Source of the DNA: an uncultured Ruminococcus sp.
GTDB taxonomy: Bacteria; Bacillota; Clostridia; Oscillospirales; CAG-382
Length of the DNA: 64,000 nt
Reading direction: 5' to 3'
NCBI GenBank assembly: GCA_964571635.1
Contig: CAZNCN010000005.1
Location: forward strand, 15,788 to 79,787
The position numbers and the translations under genes were made by a program. This document shows positions 60,672 through 64,000 of the stretch, piece by piece (position 1 is the stretch's first letter; every line of letters starts with the position of its first letter). Under the pieces are notes generated by a model. The model did no database searches, was not told where the DNA came from, and saw only the letters and a program-made list of their open reading frames with translations.

Positions 60672-62093
60672 ATGAAAAAAATATTGTTTGCAGCATCCGA
60701 AGCCCTGCCGTTTGCCGCCTCGGGCGGTCTCGGCGACGTTGCCGGCTCACTGCCGTCTGTCATAGCCGCCGAAGGCAACGATGTCAGGGTAGTCATGCCC
60801 TTGTATTCAAAAATGAGCGCCGAATATCGTGACAGCGCCGAATTTCTCGGTTATATCTATGTCACACTCGGCTGGCGGCGTCAGTACTGCGGTATATTCA
60901 CGCTTGAAAAAGACGGCGTTGTATATTATTTCCTCGACAACGAATATTATTTTAAGCGCGACCGCCTGTACGGCGAGTATGACGACGGCGAGAGATTTGC
61001 GTTTTTCTCAAAGGCGGTGCTTGATATACTGCCGTTCGTCGACTTTATGCCCGACATACTGCATTGCAACGACTGGCAGACCGCATTGTCTGTCGTGTAT
61101 CTCAAAAAGCAGTATGGACTTGTTCCCGGCTATGCCGACATAAAGGCGATATTTACGATACACAATATACAATATCAGGGCAGATACGGCAAGGAGCTGC
61201 TCACAGACCTCTTTGGGCTTGACCCCAAAGAGCTTAAGACACTTGAATACGACGGTGACCTCAACTTGCTCAAGGGTGCGATAGTCTGCGCCGATGCGGT
61301 CACGACCGTTTCGCCGACGTATGCCAAAGAGATACTTTCGCCGCAGTTTTCGCATGGGCTGCATCACGTGCTCGAGCAGCACAAGGGCAAGCTTGTCGGC
61401 ATACTCAACGGCATCGATTATGATTATTATGATCCTTCACACGACGAGTCGCTGTTTGTCAAATACACCTGGCGTTCTATCGCGCGTAAGGCACAGAATA
61501 AGCACGAATTGCAGAAGATGCTCGGCTTGCCCGAGTCAGATTCGCCGCTTATAGCGGTCATTTCAAGGCTTGTCGACCACAAGGGACTCGACCTTGTTAC
61601 ACTGGCTGCCGACGACATGATGGCTGACGACGTGCAGTTTGTCGTGCTCGGCACGGGAGACCCTTATTTTGAGAGTTTCTTTTCGTCGCTCGCATCGAGG
61701 TATCCAAATAAGGTCAAATGCCTCTTGCAATACAACAAGGACCTGTCAAAAAAGATATATGCCGCATCCGACATCTTTTTGATGCCGTCGCTTAGCGAGC
61801 CGTGCGGACTTTCACAGATGATAGCTTCGCGTTATGGCTCTGTGCCTGTCATTCACGAAACAGGCGGACTTTATGACAGCATCCGAGACATCGGCTGGCA
61901 GGGTGGCGGCAACGGATTTACCTTTGCACCGTATAATGCATATGATATGCTGTGCAGCGTTCGCCGCGCCGAAGAACTTTATCACGACCGAGAAGCATGG
62001 CGCAAGCTGTCGCAAAAGGTCATGCGCGTTGACTTTACCTGGGGCAAGAGCGCAAAGCAATATACAGCACTTTACGATTCGCTCTGCAAATAA
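60672..62093 (+). CDS. glgA: Glycogen synthase (ADP-glucose type, GT5)
   Basis: 473 aa. The N-terminus is KILFAASEALPFAASGGLGDV, and PSLSEPCGLSQM is present. Confidence 0.9.
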   Translation: MKKILFAASEALPFAASGGLGDVAGSLPSVIAAEGNDVRVVMPLYSKMSAEYRDSAEFLGYIYVTLGWRRQYCGIFTLEKDGVVYYFLDNEYYFKRDRLYGEYDDGERFAFFSKAVLDILPFVDFMPDILHCNDWQTALSVVYLKKQYGLVPGYADIKAIFTIHNIQYQGRYGKELLTDLFGLDPKELKTLEYDGDLNLLKGAIVCADAVTTVSPTYAKEILSPQFSHGLHHVLEQHKGKLVGILNGIDYDYYDPSHDESLFVKYTWRSIARKAQNKHELQKMLGLPESDSPLIAVISRLVDHKGLDLVTLAADDMMADDVQFVVLGTGDPYFESFFSSLASRYPNKVKCLLQYNKDLSKKIYAASDIFLMPSLSEPCGLSQMIASRYGSVPVIHETGGLYDSIRDIGWQGGGNGFTFAPYNAYDMLCSVRRAEELYHDREAWRKLSQKVMRVDFTWGKSAKQYTALYDSLCK

Positions 62094-62157
62094 AAGCATA
62101 GCACATTTCAACCTGTTAGGTTATTCATTTTAGATTTTTGGATTTTAAAGGTATTTT

Positions 62158-64000
62158 ATGACTGAGAAAACTGTTAAAAAGGCAATTAACGAAAAGCTTG
62201 CACGCTATTTCGGCGTTTCTGCCGAAGAAGCGACAAAAGAGCAGGTCTATAAGGCGACGGTGCTTGCCGTCCGCGACATATTGGCTCAGAAGAACCGCGT
62301 TTTTAAGGATGCGATAAAAGAGCAGGGACAAAAGCAGATCAACTATCTCTGCATGGAGTTTCTGGTCGGACGCTCACTCAAAAACAATCTCTGCAACCTC
62401 GGCGACGAAGAGACCTATCGCAGCGTTCTCGCCGAAATGGGCTTTGAACTTGATGAGATATATGAGCTTGAGCCTGATCCCGGACTCGGCAACGGCGGAC
62501 TCGGCAGACTCGCCGCATGCTTTATGGATGCGCTCGCAGCAGGCAGCTATCCCGCGCGTGGCTACAGTATCTGCTATGACTATGGTCTTTTTAAGCAAAA
62601 GCTGGTCGACGGCGAGCAGCTCGAATTGCCCGACATCTGGCTGCCGGGCGCAGAGTGCTGGCTCGTTCCGAGACAGGATAAGGCTGTCACTGTCAGATTT
62701 GGCGGCAGGATAACCGAAAAATGGGTCGACGGCTGCTGCGAGATCTCACACGAGGATTATACCGAGGTCGAGGCGGTGCCTTATGATATGATGATCTCGG
62801 GCTATGGCTCTGAGGCAGTCAATATTCTGAGGCTCTGGAAGGCACGCGACTCGCGCAACTTTAACATGGAGCTGTTTTCGCAGGGACAGTATCTCAAGGC
62901 AGTTGAAGAAAATACCATGGCAGAAACTATATCAAAGGTGCTTTATCCCGCAGATAATCACCACGAGGGCAAGCTGCTCAGACTTTCGCAGCAGTATTTC
63001 CTCGTCAGTGCGTCTTTGCAGAATATAATCAACAACCACTTGTCAAACTATAAAACCCTCGACAACCTGCCCGACAAGGTTGCTATCCACATCAACGATA
63101 CGCACCCTGCACTGGCGGTTCCCGAGCTTATGCGAATGTTGCTCGACAACCACAAATACAGTTGGGAGAAGGCTTGGGACATCACCACACGCACTATCTC
63201 ATACACCAACCACACTGTCATGCCCGAGGCGCTCGAGTGCTGGAATGACGAGCTCTTCCGCATAAAATTGCCGAGAATATATCAGATCGTCAAAGAGATC
63301 AACGAGCGCTTCTGCCGCGATGCGTGGGAGGCGTTCCCCGGATATTGGGACAAGATCTCGCGTATGTCGCCGCTTGCAAACGGTCAGGTGCGCATGGCAA
63401 ATCTGTCTGTGATAGGCTCGCACCATGTCAACGGCGTTTCGGCACTGCATTCGGATATACTCAAAAACACGGTGTTCCGTGATTTCTATGCGATGTATCC
63501 CGAGAGGTTCACCAACGTAACCAACGGCATCGCATATCGCCGCTGGCTTTGCTATTCCAACCCGAGGCTTGCCTCTATGCTTGATGAGCTTATAGGCACG
63601 GGCTATAGGACTGATGCAGAGCAATTGCAAAAGCTGCTTGATTTCAGTGACGATGCAAGCGTTCTTGCGGGTATCGGTGAGGTCAAGCGTCAAAACAAGG
63701 CGGATTTCTCTGATTATCTGCACAGAACGACAGGCGTGCTGATAGATCCCGACTCGGTTTATGACGTTCAGGTCAAGCGACTGCACGAGTATAAGCGCCA
63801 GCTTATGAACGCTCTGCGCATCATAAGCATCTATTGTCAGCTGCTCGAGAATCCCGACCTGCCAATGCGTCCGGTGACCTTTATATTCGGTGCAAAGGCT
63901 GCACCCGGTTATTATGCCGCAAAGGACGTCATTCGTCTCATCTGCTATATCGCCGCCGATATCGAAAAGCGACCCAGGATGCGTGAGAAATTGCGTGTCG
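62158..64000 (+). CDS. glgP: Glycogen/maltodextrin phosphorylase (GT35), 5' part; continues beyond the window
   Basis: This ORF is not in the supplied track because it is open-ended. The ATG is at 62158, and the translation includes LCMEFLVGRSL, EPDPGLGNGGLGRLAACF and TNHTVMPEALE. Confidence 0.9.
   Translation, partial: MTEKTVKKAINEKLARYFGVSAEEATKEQVYKATVLAVRDILAQKNRVFKDAIKEQGQKQINYLCMEFLVGRSLKNNLCNLGDEETYRSVLAEMGFELDEIYELEPDPGLGNGGLGRLAACFMDALAAGSYPARGYSICYDYGLFKQKLVDGEQLELPDIWLPGAECWLVPRQDKAVTVRFGGRITEKWVDGCCEISHEDYTEVEAVPYDMMISGYGSEAVNILRLWKARDSRNFNMELFSQGQYLKAVEENTMAETISKVLYPADNHHEGKLLRLSQQYFLVSASLQNIINNHLSNYKTLDNLPDKVAIHINDTHPALAVPELMRMLLDNHKYSWEKAWDITTRTISYTNHTVMPEALECWNDELFRIKLPRIYQIVKEINERFCRDAWEAFPGYWDKISRMSPLANGQVRMANLSVIGSHHVNGVSALHSDILKNTVFRDFYAMYPERFTNVTNGIAYRRWLCYSNPRLASMLDELIGTGYRTDAEQLQKLLDFSDDASVLAGIGEVKRQNKADFSDYLHRTTGVLIDPDSVYDVQVKRLHEYKRQLMNALRIISIYCQLLENPDLPMRPVTFIFGAKAAPGYYAAKDVIRLICYIAADIEKRPRMREKLRV

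Noticed and set aside
59854-60750. 298-aa minus-strand ORF antisense to glgD. The ORFs at 35292-36053, 3175-3861 and 63199-63786, antisense to other genes, belong to the same case.
   Set aside because: They are antisense shadows of confidently identified genes.
1-64000. CRISPR arrays, tRNA and rRNA genes, and integrase or recombinase genes.
   Set aside because: I saw no regularly spaced short direct repeats, no tRNA T-arm or acceptor signatures and no recombinase motifs. The only tandem repeat is the 206-bp duplication in glgC.

Overview
This 64-kb chromosomal window looks like a saccharolytic, H2-producing Firmicute of the Clostridia (Oscillospiraceae/Ruminococcaceae-like). That assignment is inferred from gene content only: a glgB-C-D-A-P glycogen operon, a HydABC-type [FeFe]-hydrogenase operon with DRTGG and HATPase accessory genes, a PPi-type phosphofructokinase, a cohesin-like lipoprotein, and many near-consensus TTGACA-N17-TATAAT promoters. 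I call about 54 protein-coding genes. I found no rRNA or tRNA gene, no CRISPR array and no intact mobile element. Most of the window is housekeeping: pnp, rpsO, rpmE, hflX, hom, tyrS, glycogen metabolism, the hydrogenase and ABC transporters. Seven things deserve a second look. (1) An Opp/Dpp-type ABC importer operon (36.8-45.2 kb) has an OppC-like permease with a ~370-aa RCC1-like beta-propeller in its first extracytoplasmic loop. Its OppF-like ATPase carries a ~175-aa charged helical insertion, and its binding protein is oversized at 739 aa. (2) An orphan Card1/Can2-like CARF-nuclease gene sits in a 3-gene block bracketed by two related hairpin repeats. (3) A solo TIR-domain gene with its own promoter and a GYG-repeat tail is wedged between two core operons. 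(4) An XRE-HTH/cupin/acyl-CoA-synthetase fusion gene is followed by a histidine kinase with no response regulator, and then by HtrA. (5) A perfect 206-bp tandem duplication at the 3' end of glgC uncouples glgC from glgD. (6) A RAYT/IS200-like transposase remnant is fused to the hom stop codon. (7) There are several small promoter-hairpin-terminator units of unknown function. I cannot show from sequence alone that any of these is a new biological system. The atypical ABC importer and the orphan CARF nuclease are my best candidates. All domain calls come from motif recognition by eye, not from searches.
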